From positions 1 to 64,000 of IMG/VR virus record IMGVR_UViG_3300037088_000882: a stretch of 64,000 nucleotides of DNA; one strand, 5' to 3'. The stretch comes from a virus. Shown here piece by piece: positions 44,082-53,461 of the stretch. The position numbers and the translations under genes were made by a program. Within the stretch, counting starts at the first letter, position 1, and every line of letters begins with the position of its first letter. The notes below the pieces were generated by a model. It was not told the origin of the DNA and did not search any database. It worked only from the letters and a program-made list of their open reading frames with translations.

Positions 44082-45766
44082 GACATTTTTACCTTATAAA
44101 GTTTAGTTCCATCCGCAAAGTATACTTCCACGCCATTATGGTATAACCTTGTTGATGAATTGATTGGTGAATTTTTTATTTCCTTTTTATGGTCCTTATC
44201 TCTAAATAATACTGTTTTATCATCGTCGGCTAAAATATTTAATCCATTTTCTAGTGAGATAAAATTAACTGCCCCAGGACCCGTCATGGGTTCTATCCAA
44301 ACTGAATATTTTGAGAAATTTTCATTAAAGATCAATATGTACTGCCAAAAATTTCCACCTTTTTCTACAATAAGAACAGAGGTGTGTCCTTCATGTTTTG
44401 CATCTATTATTCGAAACCCATTTAACTCGCTTACCAGAATATTGACGCAATGTCCCGGACTGTAGGGTACAGCAAGATGGCATTTCATGAAATCGTCTTG
44501 AGTTATTATGCCAGGGAAGATCTTATAGGAAGGGCATAGGTTGCTTACGGGCTTAGTTTGATGTAGGAGTCTACCTAATCGTTCAAAAGAGTTCTCTACG
44601 AGTTCTCCGTTGTTTATAGAATAGATTAAACCATTCGCACCAAACATTGCTTCAGCTGACATGACACTTACAGGTTTTTTAGATAAATCATAGAAGCATA
44701 TTTGCCCATCTAATCCTGGATGACCTATAATTGGGTCTTCTCCATAAATAGATAACATTTCAAGATTGTTTCGGCCAGTTTTAGTGAAATTAAATACTTG
44801 TTTATCCTCTTTATAAACCCCTGAATTTGTTATGGCATAACGGGTTTTATCGAAGAAGTAAATTTTTTGTATTGTTGATGAGAATTCTTTTACCAGTTCC
44901 ACTATAAAGCCTCCTTGACTGGAGACTGACTTTCCTTGAGAAATTGCAATAGAAACCAAATCAGCATAAGGAGGAATTGATCTTTCTCCTTTACTGAAAA
45001 CAGCCTTGTACCAATCAAGATGTTTTTTAGGAATTACTGAGAAATCCTGGCAGGACTTGGGTAAAGTTACGTCTTTATCGAAAACTGAGATTCCCTTATC
45101 CATTCTTTTACCCCATTCAGCAGGAGCAAAATTAGGATGAAAACCTTTATAAGGGTGTATGCCAACATACATCTGGAAGGTAACTACTGCAAAACTAAAC
45201 CAGTCAGTAAGTTCAGTGAACACCCCTTGAGGAGCCTGTCGGTCTCGTACGGATTCCATCAAGGCCATGGCCGGGAATGACGGAGTTTTCCAAGAATCCA
45301 CATCGATACAATAAACAATTTTCATGTCACTGCTTATTAGAAAATTCATTTCATTATAATCGACTATAAGAAATTTGTTTTTATGAACAAATTCTAATGT
45401 TTTTTGCATGCCCGAGATCATTTCAATTATATCTTTGGGGCTAATGTTTTTTTCATCTCTGAAGTTTTTAGTAAAAATTTTACACAGAAATTCTGTGCTG
45501 TCGACATAGGGCATGGTAAACCCTATAGGCATCATATCTTTTGGATCATATAAGGGCTCGATGGGGGCGAGAATATTGTCTCTATTAAGGGTCCCGAGTT
45601 CCTGGATCTTGGCCACAGGGATCATTTGTTTAGGGTCGTGGTATATTTTATAAGCTATTGAATCCTTACAATAAACAACGCCTTGGCCTCCCGCAGCTTT
45701 ATAATCTTTATCGGTAAGGGTTATAATTCCACTTTTCTTTTTTACTTTGGTTACTTTTGAATTCAT
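44078..45766 (-). CDS. Protein kinase-like protein (TerY-P-triad type) with beta-rich C-terminus
   Basis: GGQGVVY, AYKIY, DYNEMNFL, IDVDSW and TDWFSFAV..HPYKG motifs. Confidence 0.75.
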   Translation of the reverse strand: MNSKVTKVKKKSGIITLTDKDYKAAGGQGVVYCKDSIAYKIYHDPKQMIPVAKIQELGTLNRDNILAPIEPLYDPKDMMPIGFTMPYVDSTEFLCKIFTKNFRDEKNISPKDIIEMISGMQKTLEFVHKNKFLIVDYNEMNFLISSDMKIVYCIDVDSWKTPSFPAMALMESVRDRQAPQGVFTELTDWFSFAVVTFQMYVGIHPYKGFHPNFAPAEWGKRMDKGISVFDKDVTLPKSCQDFSVIPKKHLDWYKAVFSKGERSIPPYADLVSIAISQGKSVSSQGGFIVELVKEFSSTIQKIYFFDKTRYAITNSGVYKEDKQVFNFTKTGRNNLEMLSIYGEDPIIGHPGLDGQICFYDLSKKPVSVMSAEAMFGANGLIYSINNGELVENSFERLGRLLHQTKPVSNLCPSYKIFPGIITQDDFMKCHLAVPYSPGHCVNILVSELNGFRIIDAKHEGHTSVLIVEKGGNFWQYILIFNENFSKYSVWIEPMTGPGAVNFISLENGLNILADDDKTVLFRDKDHKKEIKNSPINSSTRLYHNGVEVYFADGTKLYKVKMS

Positions 45767-45988
45767 TTAATCCCATCCATAGGAACGAATTTCTTGAGCT
45801 ATGCTTCTTAGGCTGTCTTCAGTCTTTTCTCTTTGATGCCCAAATACTTCGTAACCACTGTCGATTAATGGTGTAGGGTCTAAAAAAGCGTCGGCTATAC
45901 CTTCTAATATGTTAGCTGGAGTCATACCTACACTGATCCATGTTTGTACGGTTTTACGAATTAAGAGTTTTTCTTCTGTTAAAGTCAT
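45767..45988 (-). CDS. Hypothetical protein
   Basis: 73 aa, abuts neighbouring ORFs. Confidence 0.5.
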   Translation of the reverse strand: MTLTEEKLLIRKTVQTWISVGMTPANILEGIADAFLDPTPLIDSGYEVFGHQREKTEDSLRSIAQEIRSYGWD

Positions 45989-45991
45989 ATG

Positions 45992-46435
45992 TTATCCGTA
46001 ATAGGCAGATAGGAGCCATTTAGGTTTTTCATCCGTATTAAGATGAGTTTTACAAAATTCTGTGAAAGCTTTTAGATTCTCTTCTTTTACCTCTAAATGA
46101 TAAGGAATTTCAAGAGCAGCATCCCATTCTGTGCTTAATTTTGTTTTGAGAACTGATAAAATTGGGCTTGGTTCATCTCCGTAACCTTGATAGATTAATT
46201 CTACTGGAAGTGGGTGGGCTTTCTTGAACCCGTTTTTATGGTTATAGTATTCATCACATTTTTCATCTTGTATCCCATTTAGAAAATTCCCCTTTTCGTC
46301 AAATACTCTAAAAGGAGGAATATAGCCACAAACAGCGTTAAACCACCAATCCTCAATATCATCCGACCAAGGATATTCTGTTTCATTATCTAATACGATA
46401 CCAAAACAAATTGTTGCCCGTGCATCTGAGCCCAT
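45992..46435 (-). CDS. Hypothetical protein
   Basis: 147 aa, AGGAGG RBS. Confidence 0.6.
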   Translation of the reverse strand: MGSDARATICFGIVLDNETEYPWSDDIEDWWFNAVCGYIPPFRVFDEKGNFLNGIQDEKCDEYYNHKNGFKKAHPLPVELIYQGYGDEPSPILSVLKTKLSTEWDAALEIPYHLEVKEENLKAFTEFCKTHLNTDEKPKWLLSAYYG

Positions 46436-46443
46436 GATTCCTC

Positions 46444-46542
46444 CTAAATATTATATAGAATGCATAGTGTGATAAAAGCCATAGTAAATAAACCTGCTAT
46501 GGCCGAGATTAAATGCTTTTCTAAAAACTTTTTATATGGCAT
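46444..46542 (-). CDS. 32-aa membrane peptide (not in ORF track)
   Basis: MPYKKFLEKHLISAIAGLFTMAFITLCILYNI; TGATG coupling to the upstream gene. Confidence 0.45.
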   Translation of the reverse strand: MPYKKFLEKHLISAIAGLFTMAFITLCILYNI

Positions 46543-47096
46543 CAATCCCCGCCTCCTCCGCCACCACCAGCATCTCCTGAAGCGTCACCTGAGGGGCTTT
46601 CTGTGGCCGTTTCAGGTGCTGGAGAGGGGGCTTCATGATCTACTTCGGGAGCAGGTGATGGTAATGCATGGTCAACCTCTGTGACAGGTGTTGGGGTAGA
46701 TGGTGTTGTAGCTTGTCCAACTTCTGTAATAGGCTCTGAGGCCACAGGAGCACTATGGTCGACTTCTATCTCAGGGGATCCATTAGGGTTATTAGTGACA
46801 TCAACCTCTTGTTCTAACCCTTTTACTTCTTCAATTTTTTCTATTTGGTTATTATTTTGAACAGGGGATTGAGTTGATCGAGACCATATTACGGCATTGT
46901 AATTATTGCTTATTGGAGTTCTCGATGTTGTGTAATAATAATCGTTATTTGAATTACAGATGATGTAATAATATAACCAGGAATCATCTGATTGTTGGGC
47001 CCGATAAACCTTTACTTGTTCTTTTGCTGCTTGATGAACTGGTTTTGATTCACAAGCAATTAGTAACATAAAAGCAATGAGAATAAAGTTTTTCAT
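46542..47096 (-). CDS. Lipoprotein with Pro/Glu/Gly-rich disordered tail
   Basis: Lipobox LLIAC; repeated EVDH.AP; C-terminal poly-Gly. Confidence 0.65.
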   Translation of the reverse strand: MKNFILIAFMLLIACESKPVHQAAKEQVKVYRAQQSDDSWLYYYIICNSNNDYYYTTSRTPISNNYNAVIWSRSTQSPVQNNNQIEKIEEVKGLEQEVDVTNNPNGSPEIEVDHSAPVASEPITEVGQATTPSTPTPVTEVDHALPSPAPEVDHEAPSPAPETATESPSGDASGDAGGGGGGGD

Positions 47097-47599
47097 GCTA
47101 CCTTCCTTTCTTCGAAGATTTTGGATTTTTGATGCATATATTCAACAAGGGATAAGGCTATGGTACTTAGTAAAAAAATAACGTGTATAGAGCATTTTAC
47201 TATGACTTCTCGGTCAGATGTAGCATTAGAATCAATGAAGACTTTCAGTAAATGTATGGATGACACACCGATGAGGGACATCCCAATTTTAACTTTTAAA
47301 TAACCACTGCTGATATGTTCGGAATTATCGGTCATTTTTTCAACAAAGGCATGATAACTACCTGTGATAATGATTCTGACCAGGTTGGCTATCATAACAA
47401 TATCGACCAGAGAGAGGACGGCCATCATCATTAAATTTTCATCCATATGATGAAAATCTTTGCCTAATAAATAAACACTTTCGACGAATTTAACTGCATA
47501 AAATACTTGACAGATAATCAGGCCTAAGTAAAACGGGACTAATAGCCATTTACTGCTTTTGATTATTGCTTGAATACCCTTACTCATTATTATCCTCAC
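47093..47599 (-). CDS. UPF0114/YqhA-family membrane protein
   Basis: SKWLLVPFYLGL, LSLVDIVMIANL, GSYHAFV and LKVKIGMSLIGVSSIHLLKVF motifs. Confidence 0.8.
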   Translation of the reverse strand: MRIIMSKGIQAIIKSSKWLLVPFYLGLIICQVFYAVKFVESVYLLGKDFHHMDENLMMMAVLSLVDIVMIANLVRIIITGSYHAFVEKMTDNSEHISSGYLKVKIGMSLIGVSSIHLLKVFIDSNATSDREVIVKCSIHVIFLLSTIALSLVEYMHQKSKIFEERKVA

Positions 47600-48098
47600 T
47601 TTTTATGACTTTTGTAATAGAGTTCCTTCTCACAATTGCTATAAGATCGTAATCAGTAAACCTCTCTAATTCTTTATGTACAAGTTCGAGAACCTGGTCA
47701 TGGGTCTCGGCCACTACGAACTGGGTTGTAGTTGTTAAAGCTATTGAACTTACAATAGATACTCCATCTGAATCACTCCCGATTTTAGGTTTTGCCTGTT
47801 CTTTTATTGATCCTTTACTTAAATCTGGGTGCTCGTAGACAATCTCGTAAGAATACATTATACTACCTTTCTTTGTCTTTTTTATCGAGTATATTGGATT
47901 TCCTCTAATAAGTGAAATTAGTAGGGAAAATTGATGACTCTTTATTTCTTTTCTGGCATAACTTAAAACCAGCTCCTGGGAATCTGCCGCGATATATTCC
48001 GTTATTTTTTTATAATAAAGGGCATTTTTTGAAACCTGTTCAGCAACAGTTCCTTTGCTTAGATCGGGGCATTCATAAGTTAATTCGTAAAGGGTCAT
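47580..48098 (-). CDS. Hypothetical protein with internal tandem duplication
   Basis: YELTYECPDLSKGTVAEQ and YEIVYEHPDLSKGSIKEQ; the second copy has its own AAAGG RBS and ATG. Confidence 0.6.
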   Translation of the reverse strand: MTLYELTYECPDLSKGTVAEQVSKNALYYKKITEYIAADSQELVLSYARKEIKSHQFSLLISLIRGNPIYSIKKTKKGSIMYSYEIVYEHPDLSKGSIKEQAKPKIGSDSDGVSIVSSIALTTTTQFVVAETHDQVLELVHKELERFTDYDLIAIVRRNSITKVIKSEDNNE

Positions 48099-48994
48099 TT
48101 TTTATAAAGCCCATTTGTAATTATGTAATTAAATAATTCCTCGGGAATAAGCTTTAATATTTGCTCTTTAATTCCATTATCAGCAAGGTACTCATGCTCA
48201 GAGGACTCGAAAAGGTTACGTACTTTAGTCGAGGACATTTCTGCTAAAGGTTTATCTGGAAGCAGGTAAATGTGTGGTTGTTTTAAAAACCAATTAACTT
48301 TAGCAACATCAAAAGAAATCCCGGCTCTCGGGATGACAATAAAACGAATCATTCGTTCAAGGTATTCATAATTATACCAGGAATCAAAAGTTAAGGCGTT
48401 ATCTAGGCCTATTGCCATTGAAAATTCGTATTGGTCTCCAGCAAGGTTTTTAGATATGGATTTAACAAGGTGATAGGTTTCTCCTTGAAATTGGTTATCA
48501 ATTTCATAAGAAGAGACCCTTATTCGGGCATCTTGTTTTACGAGAATTTTGAGCATTTCAAGGCGCTGTTTTGCGGAAGCAAGTTTCTTATTATCCATGT
48601 GGGCTGCACAGGGCATTAACCATACCTCATCGAAGTTTCGGCTGAAAGAGAGAATAGCTTGAGCTGCTTGAAGATGCCCGTAGTGAGGAGGATTGAAAGC
48701 TCCACCTAATATGGCAACTTTAGTTTTTCGTCCCAAGGTTTTATATTGTAATTGACGTCTGTTTATTTTAACTAAAGTGTTATCAATAAGCTCTTTAGGG
48801 GACCATTCGTTCTCATTACAGAGTTGAAGAACCGAGCATAACAAATCACCAGTCTCTTCTTTAAGATTGGGGACATCGATATATCTGCTTAACTCGATTG
48901 TTTCTCGAAGAATGTCATCAATTCTTTCTTTAAGAGGAGTTCGGCCAAAGTTGTTAACGAAAACTTCATTGATCTTTTTTATCGATTCTTCCAT
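48095..48994 (-). CDS. nadD: MazG-like domain fused to nicotinate-nucleotide adenylyltransferase (NadD)
   Basis: N-terminal LKEETGDLL (MazG-like); C-terminal GGAFNPPHYGH, IGLDNALTFDSWYN and MSSTKVR. Confidence 0.8.
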   Translation of the reverse strand: MEESIKKINEVFVNNFGRTPLKERIDDILRETIELSRYIDVPNLKEETGDLLCSVLQLCNENEWSPKELIDNTLVKINRRQLQYKTLGRKTKVAILGGAFNPPHYGHLQAAQAILSFSRNFDEVWLMPCAAHMDNKKLASAKQRLEMLKILVKQDARIRVSSYEIDNQFQGETYHLVKSISKNLAGDQYEFSMAIGLDNALTFDSWYNYEYLERMIRFIVIPRAGISFDVAKVNWFLKQPHIYLLPDKPLAEMSSTKVRNLFESSEHEYLADNGIKEQILKLIPEELFNYIITNGLYKK

Positions 48995-49000
48995 TTTTCC

Positions 49001-49399
49001 TCATTCCGTTATTTTTTTCAAGTCCTCCGCACGTTTATCTACGGTCGCTTTCTTATTATACATATTTATCGTAATGAAATCTTTGTTGGATACCAGATCC
49101 CATAACCCGCATGTTTTAAGATTGTTTATAATTGAGAATAAGAAAGTTTTATTTCGAACCCATCTACGTTCAGGTTTATTAAAATCATAATAAGAGATTT
49201 TACTTAGGAATTTTACATCAGGAGGTTGCATTTCGATAGTGTTTGTGCTATCAAAATAGAAAAGTTTTAGAGATAACTCTTTATCTTTGAACCATTTAAT
49301 AATTTCGATAATAGGGTAGTTCATGACGACACAGCTTTTTTGACCTTTGTACAAACCTCTTAAAGTAAATACTGAATCGATTATAGCTGTAGGGAACAT
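49001..49399 (-). CDS. Hypothetical protein
   Basis: 132-aa ORF in operon. Confidence 0.5.
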   Translation of the reverse strand: MFPTAIIDSVFTLRGLYKGQKSCVVMNYPIIEIIKWFKDKELSLKLFYFDSTNTIEMQPPDVKFLSKISYYDFNKPERRWVRNKTFLFSIINNLKTCGLWDLVSNKDFITINMYNKKATVDKRAEDLKKITE

Positions 49400-49401
49400 A
49401 A

Positions 49402-50172
49402 TTACCTTACCTCTCGTATTTCAATTACAGACGGATTGGTACATTCGACAAATTCAAGATTTGCTCGGCCTAGTGTGTTTAGGTTATTAACGAAGCACTT
49501 TAAAAGACTTTTTGATTCTTCGGAATGGCTGTCTGCGGGAAATTGAAAAAGGGTGACATACAATTTAAATTTTACAGATCTTTCCGCTTTTAATTTGGAG
49601 AAGAAGTTCTTTAAACTGGGATCAAGGCTCATTACGTATTCTTTGAATTTTAAATGCTTTATCCGTTGTACAAATTCTATTCGTTCTGATTTTGTCATGT
49701 CCTCCCAATTAACTGGAAGCATTTTAGAGAAATCGCTTTTAGTTTCTTTTTTAACGGACTCTTTTATTTCTATTTCACTTGCGATTACGGGCTCAATAAC
49801 AGGAAAACTAAAATCGGAAAGAATTTGAGCCCCTTTCTTTAAATCTTTCTTGGGTTGTTCGGGATCTTGCTGAGTGATGGGTTTTGTTTTTGCTATTTCT
49901 TTAACTGAAGCATCCCAGAACTCTTTTGTTACAAAAAACCGTTCCTTACAAAATTTGTAATATCCGTGTTCTTTTTCATTTACGTAATAGGAACAGCATT
50001 CTCTTTTAAGTGCCTTTGCTGGCTCTTTATTTAATGTTAACATACCGCATTCAAAATCTTTTTGAGCCATGTCTGGATATTTAGCACAAAACCCTTTATA
50101 AAGGGTATCTAAAGGGACTCCAACAATTTTAAAGCTTTTACAAAAGTTTATTAGGTTATTTTTTTGTTTCAT
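49402..50172 (-). CDS. Hypothetical protein
   Basis: 256-aa Lys-rich ORF, ATGA-coupled to the upstream gene. Confidence 0.55.
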   Translation of the reverse strand: MKQKNNLINFCKSFKIVGVPLDTLYKGFCAKYPDMAQKDFECGMLTLNKEPAKALKRECCSYYVNEKEHGYYKFCKERFFVTKEFWDASVKEIAKTKPITQQDPEQPKKDLKKGAQILSDFSFPVIEPVIASEIEIKESVKKETKSDFSKMLPVNWEDMTKSERIEFVQRIKHLKFKEYVMSLDPSLKNFFSKLKAERSVKFKLYVTLFQFPADSHSEESKSLLKCFVNNLNTLGRANLEFVECTNPSVIEIREVR

Positions 50173-50723
50173 CTGAATCCCCTTGTGAAATGAGGGAGCC
50201 TCACCTCGTGTAATTTATACAGATTTTTATTTATTAAAGAAAAAAGTTCGAAATAATAATGGGCTTGAGAGCCTTCATGAGTCTTACTTAGTTTTGTCAA
50301 GCATTTGCAAAAACGATGTCTGATCTTAACTTGACTCATCGCATGTTCTTTTTTAAACTTAAAAATAACGTTAATTCTTCGAGCTGTTTCAGATTGGCAT
50401 GTTGTGGTCAACATTGACTTTAAGATCTCTATTTCAAGAGGATTGAATATTTTAGAAAGATCGTTTTCAAGATTTTCTGTGTTAAAAGAATTTATTTCTT
50501 TCATGAATAAGAATCTGGTTCTTATTCTTTTCATTCGACTTGAGATAGCTCCTTGAGTCACTCCGAGTAGTCTAGCTATTTCTCTTTGGTCTATTTTCTT
50601 GATAACATGATAAACAAATAAGTCTTGTTCTGATTTCGGCAGCTTATGAAAAAACTCAGGATTTTCTTCAAATGTTTGACGGAGAAAATTAATACGGCCC
50701 TTTACGGTTATTGTATCGTTCAT
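50169..50723 (-). CDS. sigma70 region-4-like HTH protein (two HTH-like modules)
   Basis: KLPKSEQDLF..DQREIARLLGVTQGAISSRMKR; second module CQSETARRI..SQVKIRHRF. Confidence 0.65.
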   Translation of the reverse strand: MNDTITVKGRINFLRQTFEENPEFFHKLPKSEQDLFVYHVIKKIDQREIARLLGVTQGAISSRMKRIRTRFLFMKEINSFNTENLENDLSKIFNPLEIEILKSMLTTTCQSETARRINVIFKFKKEHAMSQVKIRHRFCKCLTKLSKTHEGSQAHYYFELFSLINKNLYKLHEVRLPHFTRGFR

Positions 50724-50739
50724 AGATTATGATACTGTT

Positions 50740-51165
50740 TTATTTCCCTTCATAAAAGAAATATTTTTCACAGAGTGGGCAACGAATTTTTTCTCCCACA
50801 GGAGGTGTTTCAGATCTATGTGCAAATCCGTCATCCCCTATTACAAGAGCCCAGCAATCACCAATTTCCTCACCTTGAGCATCAAATTTTCCGGAAAGTT
50901 TAAAACCGGCATTTATTTTTTTCATTTCTCGAATTATTAGATTTATAGCTTCGACCATACCGTAGTTTTTTTCTGACCCATCCCATTTGATTCCTGAGTA
51001 ATCTTCAGTTAATTCAAGATCAATGTGAACATAATCATCGTTGATTTTCCATTCGGGGTGGTCTCGTGTGTCTTCCCCTAGAAATTCATTAATTGCTTTT
51101 AATTCATTTATGTTTAACTCATTACCAAATTTAAGAACTCCAGAAAATTGAGTTGTATACCCCAT
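50740..51165 (-). CDS. Hypothetical phage protein with C-terminal CxxC
   Basis: MGYTTQFSGVL..IKWDGSEK..LSGKFDAQGEE..RCPLC; AAAGG RBS. Confidence 0.6.
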   Translation of the reverse strand: MGYTTQFSGVLKFGNELNINELKAINEFLGEDTRDHPEWKINDDYVHIDLELTEDYSGIKWDGSEKNYGMVEAINLIIREMKKINAGFKLSGKFDAQGEEIGDCWALVIGDDGFAHRSETPPVGEKIRCPLCEKYFFYEGK

Positions 51166-51190
51166 TGTTAGACCTTTCTTTAAATAATTA

Positions 51191-51302
51191 GAGCATCTTT
51201 ACACGCCAATGCAAAATGCCGAGTGTGTCAGCTACACCTGTGACCCGGCCTCCGTATCGTGTAGAGAACTTTTCTATCACATCTACTAATGTAAAGATGC
51301 CC
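51191..51302 (-). ncRNA. Unclassified ~112-nt structured RNA (three-way junction)
   Basis: 13-bp closing stem GGGCATCTTTACA/TGTAAAGATGCTC and two internal hairpins; G:U pairs favour the - strand. Confidence 0.55.
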
Positions 51303-52112
51303 TTAAATTGATATTGCAGCGATTCCTATATCATCACTATGAGACCAGTTTTTTCCTAATAAGCTTTTTTTAAGAAATCCCATTGTTCTTTTTACAAAGA
51401 CTCCCTGGGTATTTGGGAAATCCATAACTTCTAACATCATTTGCTGGTCGAAGACTGGGTCCTTGTTATGGTTTAGGTAATGATCGAGTCCATCAGTTGT
51501 GACCGCTATTATGTCACCAGGGCCAGGATTTACCACGGTACAAAAAGGATGGTCGAATGGGTTATCTGTTATGAAAGGCTCGTCTTTACCTAGTTCTCCT
51601 TCAGTCCTACGAACTGTATTATCTGGACCGAGTTTTTTTATGTAATCGTCTCGAGATGTAATCAAATAGAAAGGAGCATTTGTTTGGGGGTATTCAATTT
51701 TTATGTATTCAATGCAGTCTTTATCTCTCTTTTTATGTAATATGTACCCATCTCCCCATCCAAATAAATAGGTAAGATTGTCGTGAACGGATACTATCAT
51801 TAAGAGAGTAGCTTGTAAGGAGTTTATGCTTATAGGGTATAATTTTCTGATTTCATCGGCACGTTTTATAATACTATTCCCTAATAGAGGTGCTAAGGTA
51901 TTTATTTTTACTTCAAAAAACAGATCATGAAAAGATTGTAGAACATATCGAGATACATGGCAAAGAATTTGAGATCCAATTTCTGAATTCTCGGCAGAGG
52001 AGCAACCATCGGATATGATTGCATAATGTAGGTTTTTATAAGTTCCAGATAAAGCGTAGTCTTGGCAAACTTGGTGAGTGGTACCTATTTCAAAATATGA
52101 GTCGGTATTCAT
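51303..52112 (-). CDS. PP2C-family phosphatase (TerY-P-triad type)
   Basis: GTTHQVCQDY, ISDGCSS, ATLL, GDG, TTDGL and HSDDIG motifs. Confidence 0.85.
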   Translation of the reverse strand: MNTDSYFEIGTTHQVCQDYALSGTYKNLHYAIISDGCSSAENSEIGSQILCHVSRYVLQSFHDLFFEVKINTLAPLLGNSIIKRADEIRKLYPISINSLQATLLMIVSVHDNLTYLFGWGDGYILHKKRDKDCIEYIKIEYPQTNAPFYLITSRDDYIKKLGPDNTVRRTEGELGKDEPFITDNPFDHPFCTVVNPGPGDIIAVTTDGLDHYLNHNKDPVFDQQMMLEVMDFPNTQGVFVKRTMGFLKKSLLGKNWSHSDDIGIAAISI

Positions 52113-52483
52113 TTTGGCCTCTTTAAAAAGAGAAAAGGAGTTGTAAAGTAATCTCCATAAATTTCTGTGTCATCTATATGGAGGTCAATTTTTTGTGCTT
52201 TACAGTAGTCGGCTTTTGTTTTATTCCATAATTTTTTACTTAACCAAGGTTCTCCATTTTTATCGTATCGAACGGGAGTTCCTTTTCTTTTGTGGTAAGA
52301 AGTAATAGAAAAGACTTTATTGAAGCTTATTCCTAAAGCCTTTAACTTTTTTCGAAAAGCAGGTGAATCTTCTTCTCCTGTAATAATGTGTACTTTATGC
52401 CCTGCCTCGACAAGCGTGTTTGTTAATACTCGGAAGACTTCATAGGCATCCAAGATTCCATGGAAATCGAAACCAAAGTTCAT
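52109..52483 (-). CDS. HAD-superfamily-like small protein
   Basis: FGFDFHGILD, HIITG and K..C.....LHIDD motifs. Confidence 0.6.
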   Translation of the reverse strand: MNFGFDFHGILDAYEVFRVLTNTLVEAGHKVHIITGEEDSPAFRKKLKALGISFNKVFSITSYHKRKGTPVRYDKNGEPWLSKKLWNKTKADYCKAQKIDLHIDDTEIYGDYFTTPFLFLKRPK

Positions 52484-52638
52484 TTTTTACCCTTTATCCT
52501 TGCTTTGTATTCTTTAATTTCTTCTTCTGTTGGATCCCAATCTAATAGTCCAAGAGAGTCATCAATTTCCCATTGTTCCCTTGCAGATCGATCATTGTAA
52601 TTTGAGGGCCTTTGTAATGCACGGTCAACGCTACTCAT
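52480..52638 (-). CDS. Small hypothetical protein (52 aa; not in ORF track)
   Basis: MSSVDRALQRPSNYNDRSAREQWEIDDSLGLLDWDP...; ATGA-coupled to the next gene. Confidence 0.55.
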   Translation of the reverse strand: MSSVDRALQRPSNYNDRSAREQWEIDDSLGLLDWDPTEEEIKEYKARIKGKK

Positions 52639-52645
52639 ATTATTC

Positions 52646-53419
52646 CTATCTGGTTAAAATAAGAGGCCTTATAAGGTTTGTCTTATTGTTAATGTGTATT
52701 TTGATATGCGTTTTAGTTAATTCAGTTGCTGGAATTTTTCTTCCAAGAATATCAAATAATTCTCCGTTTGTTGTACAAGATTTAATTGATTGCACAGGGC
52801 TATTTATTGTTGATGTGATCCCATAAAAATCTGTTGTTCCGTCTGTTTGCAAGTACCAGTGAAGGACGACAGCTTGTGTGTAGTTTCGACAATCAGCATA
52901 TGCAGGGGGCATCATAGGGTCACAGCTTGTCCCTATAACAGTGGTCATAGATACTAAGACGTATTTTTTCTGACTTGTCTGTGCTATAAGAGGAGAAGTC
53001 CAATTGATCTTCCAACAGCTTCCTGGGAAATAACAAGAATTGTTTGTATCTATTAGTAGCCACGGGCTTTTACAATACCTTGTGGTATCTATTTTTAAAA
53101 AACTGTTTGTATCTTTAAGATCTAAACTTTTTAAAGAAATAATTTCACTTAATTTTAATTTTGAAGTGTAAAAAGGTTTTACAGAATTTATTATCTCACA
53201 GGGACAATAATACATACAGGTTCCACAATCATGAGAAAAAAACATAAGATCAGCAGAATCTATAGAAGTTGAACAATGTGCAGTTATTTTTGGTGAGAAA
53301 ACCTTTGCCGATGTGAAATTGATTGCTGTATTCATTTGAAGAGTGCCAACTCCAGAAATGATTTTTGCATTAGATAAGGTAAAAAGAACGAATAGACCTA
53401 AAAGCATTGAACGTAACAT
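52646..53419 (-). CDS. Secreted Cys-rich protein with T9SS-type C-terminal-like motif
   Basis: Signal peptide; C-terminal ELFDILGRKI; AAGGAG RBS. Confidence 0.6.
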   Translation of the reverse strand: MLRSMLLGLFVLFTLSNAKIISGVGTLQMNTAINFTSAKVFSPKITAHCSTSIDSADLMFFSHDCGTCMYYCPCEIINSVKPFYTSKLKLSEIISLKSLDLKDTNSFLKIDTTRYCKSPWLLIDTNNSCYFPGSCWKINWTSPLIAQTSQKKYVLVSMTTVIGTSCDPMMPPAYADCRNYTQAVVLHWYLQTDGTTDFYGITSTINSPVQSIKSCTTNGELFDILGRKIPATELTKTHIKIHINNKTNLIRPLILTR

Positions 53420-53461
53420 ACTAATACTCCTTTGATTATGTGAAAGATATATAGGAATATA

